From: Camelus dromedarius
Taxonomy: Eukaryota
NCBI RefSeq assembly: GCF_036321535.1
Contig: NC_087437.1
Location: 98,520,001-98,584,000 of the forward strand
Direction of reading: 5' to 3'
DNA length: 64,000 bases
Shown: piece after piece, positions 12,651 to 25,372 of the stretch
Numbering within the stretch: the stretch's first letter is position 1
Layout of the letters: the number at the start of each line of letters is the position of its first letter
The notes under the pieces: model-generated
What the model was told of the DNA's origin: nothing
What the model saw: the letters and a program-made list of their open reading frames with translations, nothing else
The model's database searches: none
Made by a program: the position numbers and the translations under genes

Positions 12651-13607
12651 ATGTAAAGCAATTGTCAAAAGGAGTTCACGAGTTACCTTCTCAGTAAAAT
12701 TAATCCGCTGAGATGGGGATGTAAAAGCAGTATGGTGCCTTCCCTATACATAGATCCTTATAGGTATCTGCCACCTGTGGGTAAGAACAAATGATTTGTT
12801 ATTTCCCTCTTCTGGTTTATAAACTATAATTGCCTCCCTTGGGATCGTAACCGTGTGTATACAAAAACTCGCACTAAATTTATTGCAGCAGTTCTGCCCA
12901 GAATCGAGTAAAGAGAGCCCAGTGTTGGCTTCAAATGAGGCCATACATTCTTAAAGACTTGCTTCTCACAATTGAAGACCACTCTACACATTTGGAGCAG
13001 TGGTTGCTAGTCCAGAATGCTGCCACCACTCCACTTCTTCAGTTGTTAGGTTGGCCCAGGGTGGTCCATGTTGGAAGCCCCAGCAATTGCTGTTACACAG
13101 ATACAGATAGTTTCCCAGGGGCGGGGGCAGAGCCAGTCCTGGTGTGTACTAACCCCAGGGCCTTGGTCCTCTTCCTCCTCAGTGACCTACCCAAGGGAGA
13201 AGTCACTGATCTTGACTTCTTTTCCTACACCTTCCAGATTTATCATACGCACCCCCGCTCCTTTCTCAAAAGGCAACCCTCACTGATGTAGCCAAAGCGA
13301 TATATCTAAGGAAGGTTCTTAAGTAATTTCAAGGCACCATATTTCCCCCTTTCTAAATCATCTGTGACTCCCAGGTGATTTTTTTTTTTTTAATTCTGGC
13401 CTAAATGATGAAGTCTCTGGCACTGCTCTCTCTAAAGAAAAGGAAAAACACAAATTTTATTTCTGATTGGTCGCTGCTGGGTAGAGGACCCCTGTACAAG
13501 TATAACTTCTGCTTTCAAAATTAGAAATAGTGTGGCAAGGTACAAGTCACTATCTTTAGATGTCTTGAAAACCTCAGGGTTTCATGATTCTCTGCAAAGC
13601 AGAACTT

Positions 13608-14150
13608 TGTACTCATAAAGACTCTTTAGGATGTAAATGACAGAAATACAACAGCATCTATAAAAAGCAAAAACGTCCATTTATTAATTCACTCTCACAG
13701 CGTTCCAAATAGGCCCCAGTGGTGTTGTCAGGGCTCTCTCTTTCTATATCTCAGATCTGCAGGAGTCAATTTTTCTTTAAGTATTGGCATAAGGTTCTCC
13801 CTATGTGACAAGAAAAGTTGTCCATCTAGCCCATACTCTAACAGGATCCAAAAGAAAGAGAGAATACTCTTACTCACAGTATATTGTATGCGTGTGCATA
13901 TATATATATATGTATACACACACACACATATAGTCTCACTCCCATATATTGAATTGCACAAGTGCTTTGGTTGGCTCTGCTCAGGTCACACATGTACCCT
14001 GTAAATCACTGTGAACAGGAGATTGAGGTTCCATGACTAGCCAAGTCTGATTATAATTCCCTTTTGAGTGAAGGCAAGTCATGATTGGTGGAGTGGGACA
14101 GCCACAGAAAGGCATGGAAAGAGGAGAAATATTTCCCCAGTGGCAAAAGA
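13608..14150 (-). mobile_element. Old MaLR LTR (MLT1J/K-like) containing a (TA)n(CA)n tract at ~13898-13930
   Basis: 'aagactctttaggatgtaaatgacagaaatacaac...ttggttggctctgctcaggtcacacatgtaccctgtaaatcactgtg' resembles reverse-oriented MLT1. Confidence 0.55.
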
Positions 14151-14984
14151 GAAGCTCGGTTTAAAGGCAGACTGGGAAGAGGATGTTGCACTGGGTCTCC
14201 TTAAGCCTGTGTGTAGTTGGGTTTACAAGGTTCCACTGAGAGCATAGTCTGACCAGTCCTGCACGTGGCTTTATCGGGCATTCAGGTGAACACAGAAGGC
14301 TCAGAACAAACCTTTGACCATGTGTCCACAGATGTGAACTGGGTCTTGGGGGCTCACCTGTAGACTTGTTTGACAAAATGTGCTGTCACTGATGCAAATT
14401 GGAATGTCAGTAATAGCCTTATTGACTTTTGTGCCAGAGCATAGGATCTGGAAAGTCATTTGTTCTGCAATCTGTTAGAAGGACAGGGGCCAGGTAATAT
14501 GATCTTCTTCTGCTGTGGTGTTACTGGAAAGAGGACTGGACTTTTGTTCTAGTTCCGTTTTCTGCTATTGTGTCGTGGTGAAGGGCAGTTTACTTCGCCT
14601 CCTCGGAACTTGGTTTTCTAATGTGTTAAAGAAGGTGGTTATGTTGGATGATTGCCAACATTTTTGACCTTTCAGCTCTGAATTTCTAAGGCTTAACTTT
14701 TTTCAGTGGTTTTCCTCTGACACAAGGGCTGGAAAAGATGAGATCACGGTTAAGAGGTGGCAAGTCATTGTAAGAGGCAACTGGAAAGGATATCTAAAAG
14801 ATCACTAAAAGGCAGGTGGCTCTCTTTTATTTGTTCCAGTTTCTCTAAAAAGATATCAACTCCAAATGCTATTCTTTGCTTTTGAATTAAAAAAAAAAAA
14901 AAAAACCTTGCTTATTTTAAGGACTTTGTAGAAGTCCAATGAAGCAACTTCAAAAATAAATTAGAAAAAAGAGATGAGTTATAA

Positions 14985-15400
14985 GAAGTAAATGCAATGG
15001 CTGGACCTTGTTTTGACTGTGGTTTGAATGAAACAGCTGTAGAATATATATTTTTCACAATTTTAGGAAATTTGAATATGGCTTAACTATTAAATGGTAT
15101 CAAAGAATTATAATTATTATAACTTTTCTTAAGTGTGGTAATAATGTGGCTATACCGCATATTACGGGGGAAAGCAGGAAGTTGTCCTTATTTTTCAGTG
15201 ATGTGTAGTTAAATATTTAGGGTTATATGTCATGACATCTGATTCACTCACAAATAATTGAGCTAAAGAAAAAAATATGTAAATCAAATGTGATAAAATA
15301 TTAGCAATGATAAACTTCAATGAAGGATCTGTAGCTATTTTGTATACTATTCTCTCAGATTTTCTGTAAGTTGGAAAATTAAAAACAAACAAACAAAAAA
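14985..15400 (+). mobile_element. Old L1 (L1MC/ME-type) 3' fragment
   Basis: 'aaatgcaatggctggaccttgttttgactgtgg...ggaaatttgaatatgg...tatactattctctcagattttctgtaagttggaaa'. Confidence 0.65.
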
Positions 15401-15689
15401 CCAATTGGAGACCATTGATTGCCCTTAAAATTTCAAGCTATGCCCACCTCACATCTTTATTTCAAATACAATTCAAGTTCTCAGTTTTTCCAGGTGAAAC
15501 AGCACTTAAATGCCTCTAAGTCAGCTAAAATATGGCACTTGGAATTTCAACTTTAGCAATGTGATTTATGAAGTAGCAAAGTGGCAGCCTATTTCCTATG
15601 AAATAATGGCCTTAAAATCTTTAATATTAAACATACCACCACATACACATAGAAATCTGAATCCTTGTAGTTTTTGCTAATTGTTCAGA

Positions 15690-15950
15690 TGAAGCTGAAT
15701 GTGTAGTGGCTCTGCATTCAGACCCTGAAGCCATCTGCCTGGGTTGGGATCCTCCTTGCCCTGCTGTTGATCATCTGTGTAACCATAAACAAGTTACTTC
15801 ATACCTTATACCTCAGTTTCCCCAGCTGTAAAATGGGAGCAAAGGTTGGGAGCAAAGACTACCCATCTGATAGGATCCCTTTGAGGCTTAGGAGTAAAAT
15901 GCACTTCACACAGTTCTTGGCATTTAACAAGTGTTATTATTTATATATTT
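15690..15950 (+). mobile_element. MIR SINE
   Basis: 'ctgcctgggttgggatcc...aagttacttcataccttatacctcagtttccccagctgtaaaatggga'. Confidence 0.85.
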
Positions 15951-16785
15951 TGCTATAGGAAAGCCAGAAAAGGTCAATGTCAATGTTCAAGGAGAAAAAT
16001 ACTCTTGCATTTCAACTGGCAAAATGTGTTTGAGATGCATCCTGCCCTAGGAGGTGAACAGCACTGAGATAAAGAGATTTTTAAAAACAGAAAGGGCAGC
16101 ATGGCATGGTGGTGTCTCTTCCATTTTAGTAATTTCCCATAACAAGTGGCTTAAAGTTTTCTCAAAACGCTAGAAAACTAGCATCTGAGAATAAATGTTT
16201 CTCAAGAATCTCCAAAAATAACTACATTTTCCCAACAACTTCAGGCTGGAAATATATTTGATAGATGCTTCATGGTACTTGGCAGACATATTAAAATGAT
16301 GGTGTGGTTGTTATTACAACATATCCTGCAATCATTTATAACCAAATAAGACTCCTTCATTAGCGTATGTACCTATTATAAGTGCTTATTGAAAACCAAG
16401 CACTTAATTTCTTTGTAGTATGTTAGTTTCCCATTATCTCTGACCTTGTAAAATCAAATATTGCCCAAGAATATAAAAAAAAAAAAAGACTTTTTTTTTC
16501 AATGGAGTTATCATTTTGCCTTCTAGACCTTATTATGAAAATTCAAGGCTATTCAGATTTATCTGATAAAACATTAGAGAAGCTGCGGATGCCTTGGGTT
16601 TCATTTTTGTGGTCTGTTTTTATTTAATAATGACACCTGCATTCTAACCAAAGTTAATCTTTTTCTTCTTAGAAAGATTAGTGGCTGACATCTCTACTGA
16701 AGAGTGCTCCCGAGGCCTCTGAGTCCTCTGCCATGCCAAATCTGATTCTTTGCACATCACAGAGAGCTGTTTCAAATAATTTGTA

Positions 16786-16901
16786 CGGATGTTAACTAGA
16801 CCTCTTGTGGTGATCAATTCACAATACATACAAATATCAAATTATTATGTTGTACACCTGAAACTAATATAATATTATAGTTCAAGTATACCTTAATAAA
16901 A
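16786..16901 (+). mobile_element. 5'-truncated L1 3' stub with a 12-bp TSD
   Basis: L1 3' end 'tatgttgtacacctgaaactaatataat...aataaaaaaa', flanked by AAATAATTTGTA at 16774-16785 and 16902-16913. Confidence 0.88.
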
Positions 16902-19469
16902 AAATAATTTGTATAATTGAAGTTGTTGTATTGCTAGAATTTACATAAAGAAATTCTTTAGTGTCTTGGAGCAACTGCAGGACGCCAACATCTAAGCCTG
17001 TCCTTCAAATCCTTTTGTTAAGGAGAAGCCAGGTTAAAAGAGACTAAATGACTTAGACTTGAGTCTGTTATCCTTCTGAATTCAACTTAAATCAGGGATA
17101 TTTGTTCCTCTCAGGGAGCTGTTGATATCCCTTCAGAAACAAGGTCATTTCAGTTCAGGTCACATCACTCTCTTTGCAAACAAGTCCTACTGCAGGATGG
17201 CGCAAAGGAAACGCTGTTCCGGCAGGAAGAAGTGGACTCTAAGCTCCCTTTGGTGCCAGCAACTCAGTATCTGGTTAAGGGGCAGCTTTGCTAAGGGCTT
17301 AAGCAGAAGTCTTGATTCCATCTTCAAAATTGTTATCTGGAGCATTTTTTTTAATAAACAGTGTCAGGTTAAGTTAGCATGCCTACTGGAGTGTCCTGGT
17401 ACATAAGAGTCATATTCATGATATGATTAAGAAGTCTTATTTACCATTTTCAACTATTACTCCCACTCTGTCCTAACCATTTTTAAGTTTTATTTTTCTG
17501 CCCTAGTTTTTGCACTGAGAAAAGGACCTAAATATTGAGTCTCTATCCAGCACCACATTAGAGTAGAGAATACAGGCATGCCCCCAACATTTTGTCTTTT
17601 GAGCTCTCTTTTCCAGCTCTTTGTGATATCATTTTGAACCATCACTACATACAATATCTGCATACTTACTTTGCCTCCAAAACTCTGTAATACCTATAAA
17701 GGTACATGATTACAAACAAATATTATTATCACTATCAGCAGAGTGTGAATTTGTGCCACTTCCTAGATTTCTTTAGGCTCATTCGATCTCCCTGAATTCT
17801 GGCCCCACCTGGCTTCTGAACACATTTGCAAACCTAATGAAAATGTGAAACAGCCCTGGTTCCAGGTCAGCTTTTTCAGATGGCTCTCTGTCCCTGTGAC
17901 CACGAGTTTGCCCAAGCATTTGTTTAGCAGCCCAAGAGCCCTACAAGGAGAGTGACTGTTTCTTCCACTCTCCAGTGGTGAGGCAGGCAAATTTGGACAC
18001 AGCAGCTGTCTGCTCCTGAAGACAGCTGGAAATAACCCCATCTGATAGGATCAGTTATCAGAGGCAGGGCGGCTGTGCTGTGTGTAAACAGCATGCTATC
18101 TCTGAGACTCTGAGACAGTGACACGAGCGGCCCCAGGCTCAACCTGCCCTCAAAATAGCAGTGAAGACACTTCACGTCCAGTCTCGGCCAAGTAGAATGA
18201 GAATCACAAGCTTTAAGGCCTGAAAAGTCCCTTAGAGTTCACATCACAACTCTCTCTCTCTTTTTTTTTTTTTTTTTTTGCAGATTAGAAACAACAACGA
18301 AAACAAAAACCTGAGACCAGGGAAGACAAGGAGCTCTGTGATATTTATACTTGTCACATATGCATGCATGGATATGTAACTATGCCCTTTAGAGATTAAT
18401 GTGGATGCATATATCATTCCATTGTGCTTAAGCTAGTACATTTGTTTCCTTCCAAAGAGCCAAGTCTGCAGATCAACAAAATTTCCTAAGATTTAGCCTC
18501 AGACATAAAAGTAAATATTTGGATCCACCCTCAATCCAAATACACCCTCAGGGCGAGTGATGTCACCAATTATGTGGTTCCTCCATGACAGCCTTTGTCT
18601 GGGACCAGGCACTGAAACTGCAAAGACAAAAGGCCCTATGATCTAAAGGTGATGACAGTCTATGTTGCAAACAGATACATGCGCAAATAATTAAGAGACA
18701 TTACAACAAGAGTCATGTAAGAGATTTATGTGAAGTGTAATATTAGTACATGAAAAAGGAGCTGAGCAGTGGATGGGCAGACAATCTACTAAGGCAGTGC
18801 AGACAAACTCATATTTCAGTTAAATCTCTACAGTAACATTTGGATCCTGGAGAAGGGAGTGAGAAAGATGTAGTGAGGGTAAAGGAGGAAGTGATGCAGA
18901 GAGAACAGTTTAGACAAAAAGGAAGCGTATTTTATTTAATGTGAGTTAGCGTCTAAGAGTCACCATTTTCTCTCATTTTTTTTAGTTTATTATCTAATGC
19001 AGCTAAAATCATTACAAACAGACTGTTCGAAGGGTTGCCTTCAGAGCAATTCTCATAAACTTCATAGTTATATTTTCCTTCATTCTTAGAGACCCTTGTA
19101 TCTTATTTCTTGGTTTGTATTTGTGTACTATTTGATCGAGGTTGTCAGAAATACGACCATAGTGGGGACAAGAGGAATTATGGGCTGGAGTGACCAAATA
19201 TCAGCCGGTGTTAATTCTTACTGACTAGGGGAACACTGGGAGATTGGGAAATCATGAAAATAATCCAAAGCAGAAGGACTTTCACTATGATTTCGGATTA
19301 AAAGTCAACAAAGAAACAAGACAGTCACAAAAAATAAAACAGGAAGGACTGAAACACACATTTTCAATGTTCCAGTTTTCAGGAGTCAGAGACATCCAAT
19401 TAAGACAATATGGTATCATTATCTGCCTACAAATTGTCTGGACTTTAAAAAAACAAGACGGTAAAGAAA

Positions 19470-20750
19470 AATAGGTACTTTCATTTATTTCTAGTGAGAG
19501 TGAAAATTAGTAAAATTGGCATAATATCCTGGAAGATAATTTCTCTCTCTTTCTCTGGACATACATATGTAATATATACACACACATACATATATGTATT
19601 GTGTACATGAATATTATATGTACATATTTTAAAATAAAATATGCATTTATTAGATAAATATATAATATTTATTTTGTCAAATTAGCTTGAAGACCTATCA
19701 GCCCACAGAAACCTCATCACAAGAAGGTAATATATTTGCACCTAGACTATGATATAAAGATGTTCATGGCAAGGATATTTTTTAACACCCCTCCCAATGG
19801 AATAAACCTAAATACTTGGTGATAGGATATACTTTAAATATCTTATGATATGTCCATATAATGGAATACTATATAACCATTAGCTATGATGTTTATCTAG
19901 AAATCATAAGGATTAAGAGAGTAGATATAAAATATTTTACTAGCAGACATAAAGAACAGTGCCCAGAACCTAATAAATGCTTATTCCATGTTAAATTTTT
20001 CATTATTATTATTATTACTATCATATTTTATGATGTAGTGAGATATTCCTGCACATAAAATGAAAAAAGATTACAAAACAGTGTGTAAATTATGATGCCA
20101 ATTAAAAAATATATATGTGTTATTTACATAGATACATATCCATGTATATATACATTTATTTATTTGTTTATTCATTTATTTATTTATTATGCACTTAGCA
20201 AAAAGATGGAGAGTGTGTTAGTTTGCAAAGCTGCCATGACAAAGTACCACAGACTGGCACTGTGGGTTAAACAACAGAAGTGTATTGCCTCACTGTTCTG
20301 GAGGCTAGAAGTCCAAAATCACAGTGGCAGCATGACTGGCTTTTTCCGAGGGCTGTGTAGGAAGAATCCGTCTCAGGCTCCTCTCCTTGGCTTGTAGATG
20401 GCTGTCTTCTCCCTGTGTCTCCTCACATGGTCTTCCTCTGTGCCTGCTTGTGTCCAGATGTTCCCTTTCTGTAAGGACACCAGTCATGTTGGATCAGGGC
20501 CCACACTAGTCACCTCACTTTCAATTGATTACCTCTGTAAAATCTCCATCTCCAAATAAGGACACATCCTGAGGGCCGGGGATTAGGACCTCAACATTTG
20601 AATTTGGGTGGGGGAGGTGGACATACAAGCCAACCTATAACAATATATGTGCAATTTTGGAATTATAGATGACATTTATTTGACTCTTTTTGGTTATCTG
20701 TTATTTTCTATGATGGATTATTACCATTAATTGAACTTTAAAATATATAT
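19470..20750 (+). mobile_element. Old L1 (L1ME-type) 3' fragments interrupted by an MLT1 LTR
   Basis: 'tagtgagagtgaaaattagta...tataaagatgttcatggcaa...atggaatactatataaccatta' are L1 3' motifs. Confidence 0.55.
20213..20642 (-). mobile_element. MaLR solo LTR (MLT1B/C-like)
   Basis: 'tgtgttagtttgc...acaaagtaccacagactgg...ttctggaggctagaagtccaaaatc...taaggacaccagtcatgttggatcagggccc...ataaca'; TG...CA ends. Confidence 0.88.
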
Positions 20751-20840
20751 ATTTTTAATTCTTTGCTTCAGAAGTCAGATGCCCTGTTTAAAATTTTAAG
20801 TGAAGATACTTTTAGTTCTCTATACATTTCTATTCATTTT

Positions 20841-20986
20841 TTTTTAATTTTTAAAATAATTTTTTTGGGGGGGGAGATAATTAGGTTTATTGATTCATTT
20901 ATTTTTAACAGAGGTTCTGGAGATTGAACCCAGGACCCTGTGCATGCTAAGCAGGCAGTCTACCACTTGAGCTATACCCTTCCCCC
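20841..20986 (-). mobile_element. Young tRNA-derived SINE (camelid Vic-1-like)
   Basis: Minus strand reads gggggaagggtatagctcaagtggtagactgcctgcttagcatgcacagggtcctgggttcaatctcc (Pol III A and B boxes) plus an A-rich tail. TSD TCTATTCATTTT at 20829-20840 and 20987-20998. Confidence 0.9.
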
Positions 20987-21607
20987 TCTATTCATTTTTA
21001 ATATCACTTCCATTTCTACTGCTTAAGACTAAGCATAGGGCTTCTAAAGGATGCTTAATGTTCCTTATGCAAAGGAGAAATTAGGAGACTGAAGCTCTGG
21101 ATATTCAAATTACATGTGCTATATTTACTATACGTGCTATGGAGTTCAAGGTTATTATTTCCCTTTGGAGTTTCTGCTTCACTGTGAGTTTCTGAACTGT
21201 GCTGATTTAGGGTAAAGGAGAATTATTATGTAGCTTTAAAGTATTGTCATCTTGGGGGGATGCTTACTCGCTTGTCAGCTTCCAACCTTATCAAAGCTAA
21301 CGCCAGTATTGCACATTTTTCCCGAATGATGTGCATTACTATTAAGTAGGAATCCTGTGTTGAAAAAGTTATAGCAGAGGTAAAACATGTTTTATACAAT
21401 AGATAGGCTTCCGAGTAATCAATCACTGTTACAGAAATCAGATTACACTTAAATGCAGCAGGATCACTTGTCCTTCTGTAAAATAAATGAATTTGTGAAA
21501 ACAACATAGTCATAATGAATTCGTATATACATTTCAATTTTAGTGCTGAATTGAACTCTTTTGGCACCAAGGGTGTGCCTTGCTTACAAGAATAAAATGA
21601 TTGGAAT

Positions 21608-21700
21608 TGCTACACAGAGATAAAAAGTTTATATGAGAAAAACTTTCGCTAGTATTAGGACATGCTACACAAAGATGAAAAGTTTATATGAGAAGAAACT
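21608..21700. repeat. Local tandem duplication, period ~55 bp
   Basis: tgctacacagagataaaaagtttatatgagaaaaact (21608) vs tgctacacaaagatgaaaagtttatatgagaagaaact (21663). Confidence 0.85.
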
Positions 21701-21879
21701 ACACTCAGAAATTGGTTTGAAATCTATTGTTTGAAAATGCTAGTCATTTGACTTTAAGCTTCATTATTCATTTATGGATGGGGTGTTTGGTAAAATTAAT
21801 TCATTGTCCATAGTTAATATAGATTATCCACATATTATATTAGGTGGCTTGTGTAGCTAAAGCTTGACCAGCCATAATT

Positions 21880-22177
21880 TTTTTTATAGAATTCTTATTT
21901 TTTATTGAAGCGTAGTCAATTTATAATGCTAGTTTCAGATGTACAGCAAAGTGATTCAGTTATACATATACATACATATATATTTTTTCAGATTCTTTTC
22001 TATTACAGCTCATTTCAAGAAATTGAATATAGTTCCCTGTGCTATACAGTAGGTTCTTGTTGTTTACCTATTTATATATACTAATGTATATCTATTAATC
22101 CCAAACTCTTTATCCCTCCAACCCTCCTTCCCACTGGTAACCACAGTTTGTTTGTTTTCTATGTCCGTGAGTCTATT
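21880..22177 (-). mobile_element. 5'-truncated L1 3' fragment with a 16-bp TSD
   Basis: Reverse L1 3'UTR ('gtacagcaaagtgattcagttatacat...aatatagttccctgtgctatacagtagg'). TTGACCAGCCATAATT at 21864-21879 and 22178-22193. Confidence 0.92.
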
Positions 22178-23919
22178 TTGACCAGCCATAATTATCCAGT
22201 TTCGTGAAATAAATCAGATACAAAAAAAAAAAAATCAATTCTTTACTGATATTTCTGATGATGCTCAAGAATTGCAAAAATAAATTACTGAAGAAGGGTT
22301 GGTGTCTAATACCTTGGAGGGTGAGAAACTTGTTACTCGTTATGTTAAGTAATGTCTTATATCAGCATGTAAATAACTTTAGCGATTGCTTGGAAAGAAA
22401 ACTATTCCAAAGAGAAAGTTAATGTATCTGATTTGCTTATTTATTCATCTAATTTAGAAACTGAACGATTTGGGGGCTGATACTATATATGAAAATGTGT
22501 CACTAAAATTCATTAGCACTCAGAGCTGGGGACCTTACGTATAAATGTAGATTTAAATAGTTGCATGCTTGGTTATCTCTGATAAGTTAAAGCAGATAAG
22601 ATATTTAATATATAATTCTCCATTGTGTGTTAGAAGAGATTCTACCCACCTCTCTGTTTCTGTCAGTGTGTAGCTTGGATGGGAAATTAAAGGTTAATTT
22701 TGTCTTTGTCCTTTTCTCTTTTTCTTATCAGCAGTGCCTGGGAGGCACGGTGAAGCATGCTGAAAGTGACCTTCAGGTCCCTCATATCATCTTGACACAA
22801 GTGAGCCAGGCTCTACACTTGTAATTTTCATTATTAGCCACAAGAAGAGGAGCCTCTCTCAGTAGGAAATACACAGCATCCAAAAATATATAGGTATTTT
22901 ATCTGGCTCACGTGTGATTGCTTAAAGAAGGCTGCAGGGGTAGAGAATCAATAGAGAAGGTGATGTGTGAAGGAGAGAAAATTACAGCCGAAACTGCCAC
23001 CAGGCAGAGGGTGAAGTGATTTACCCAAGGTTAGTAGCAGAACTTCTCTTTAGGGGCACAGTCAAAACTAGAACCCAGGGGTCCTGGCTTCCAGTGCAGA
23101 ATGTCTTCCCCGATTCCCTCCTGCCTGAGTCGACAGAAAAGCAAATGAGCTTTCTTTTTTGCCTAAATCGGGCAAGATAACTGGTTGAGGCACTGCGTAT
23201 CCACATGTCAGCATATCATGTTGTTTCTTTACCTCTGCCCTATTCATATTTTTGTCTCTCTCAACTGAAATCAGATGGCACTGCTGTTAAGGACAGAAAG
23301 TGGCTCCATGTCAACTTTCCCCTGTAAATTATTTTTATGAGCATACCAACCAAGGGCATATCTAAAACACATGATTGCTTTTGGCATCTAACCAATCCTT
23401 CTCTCCCCCCACCCCCATTTTATGGGTTTAAAAAAACTTTTTCTGGTCATTCTTCTCAGACGGGGTCCTTGAAAATTCTGTAAGGTATAATGTTAGTGCA
23501 TCAACTAGCAAAGAAAAAAAAAAAAGTAGCCTGATGAAAGTAGGCATCTGGGAGTTCAGGCTCCTGAAATCTGCTCCCATTTCGTAGATATATGGAACAC
23601 GTGACTTCAGGCCACTCTGGCATCACTTTTCACTCCTCAGTAAAAAGCTGATTTGAGAAGGATGCCTTGGTTAAGAGTTGCGGCATTAAAAATATTAGAA
23701 CTGCAAGTCTCTTGCATTATGGCCGAATAGATAGGTAGGGGTGCTAATGACTTTGCTGAGTGTTTGATCAAAGCTGCTGAGTAAAGGTCTTCAGTGGGAT
23801 TTACCGAGTAACCGCTCTGTGTTCAGTAAACAGAGCGCAGGTCATCCGAATTCAGCAAAGGACACCGAACTGCAGTCTGTGCCCTTGGGAGCCTTCTTTA
23901 TAAACATGCCAGAGCTGAG

Positions 23920-24530
23920 ATAGTGACCTCATGCTTCCCGGGGAACATCTTCCCTGGGCTGTCCTGAAGTCACCTCAAATTCAACACATCCAAAATAGAA
24001 CACAATCCTTCTCACATATTCGTAGGGTCACATCATTCTTCAGTTTGCTAGGACTAGAAATCACATTTTCATGCCGGTGGGTCTGCACTGTCTCTCCTGA
24101 CATCACTGCATTGGTGCGGGCTGGTGTTATCCCTTGCTCTGACTTTTGTAACAGCTTCGCAGATGGTCTCTGCAAATGCAGGTTCTCCCTTACTGCCCAT
24201 CTTCTGCGTTGTTAAAGGGATAACTTCCCCAAATATACTCCTGTGTTAACCACCTTCCCCCAAACCTTCAGTGGCTCCTTGCTGCCTACAGAACAAATTC
24301 CAAAATTCTCAGCCTTGGAGGCAAAACCCTCCCATAATAAGGGCCCAGCATGCCTTTTTCAGGCTCATCTGGGACTCGATTATTAATGAAATAAATCAGT
24401 TTCCTCCAAACGTGCTCCATGTTCTTCAGCCACGAAGTCTCTCCTCTAATAGAGCGCTCTTCCCGTTTGAAGCACCTTTTAAGATCCTACCAAACTTTCG
24501 TATCCTTCTCAGGGATACAGAGTAAGTGCC
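23920..24530 (+). mobile_element. L2 fragment
   Basis: 'cacctcaaattcaacacatccaaaatagaac...aaaccttcagtggctccttgctgcctacagaacaaattccaaa' is an L2 signature. Confidence 0.7.
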
Positions 24531-25372
24531 AACATTTGGGTTGCCTTGGGCCACCCCAAGATGGGACTGTAACAGGTGCCCCTCATTCATACATTCAGTC
24601 AAATCAAAAACCATGTAAAGGTGAGAGAATATGGTATGAGAATAGCCGGCTGGACATCAACAGGCAAGACTTCCGTACAAAGTGACGTATTCTGAAGATG
24701 GAATCAAAGTGTCAGCACGCCCCTGCACCAGTTATGTTATAGACAGAACCACAAAATACGTATTACTGCAACCAGGGGTCAGAGATACAGGGATGGGAGC
24801 ACAGACGCAGACAGTAACTCCAAGGTCTTCAGTGGTGATCTTCATTTTGCCATTAAGGGAGGAGTGGGGTTTAATAAGAGTTTCGTTTAGTGCTCAAAAC
24901 TCAAATCATTGCGTAGGATGATCAAATTTAGAGAGTTAACGGAGCTTGCCGCTTCCTTACACTTCATGTTGTTTCTTTCAAATATTTTTATCAAAGCACA
25001 TTTTAAGGGAGGTGTGGAAAACGCCAGTTACACAAGAAAATCTATCCTCTGCCCGACTGAAGAAATTGTTCGAGCAGAGGGCATTTTTTCATAAGCCCTG
25101 CTTCCTAATGCAGCCAGGGTCAGTGAAGTCTTAGGTTATTAGTTATGTAATCCCTAGTTCCTCAAACTGCAGTTTTGATTTGAACACACGGTTTCAATGA
25201 GTTGCTTCAGTTTTCGCCTCTAGATGCATCTCATTTTGAGAATCCAGACAGGCTTGGGTAATCATAGCATTTTCCAGTGATTTCTGATTTTGCAAATAAC
25301 GTATCTGACTCCTGAGAGGTAACTTTACCGCAGCCACTGCTCCAAGCCCAGTGCCTTTTCCATAAGACCACT

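Noticed and set aside
12935..13291. 118-aa ORF and its antisense frame VTEEEEDQGPG...
   Set aside because: No recognisable protein in either direction.
20910..20986. tRNA-like sequence
   Set aside because: SINE head with A-rich tail and TSD, not a tRNA gene; the same applies to 39310-39385.
24363..24521. Apparent symmetric 159-nt coding exon (LIWDSIINEINQFPPNVLHVLQPR...) with AG and GTAAGT ends
   Set aside because: Lies within an L2 fragment; both the acceptor and the body follow L2-derived sequence.
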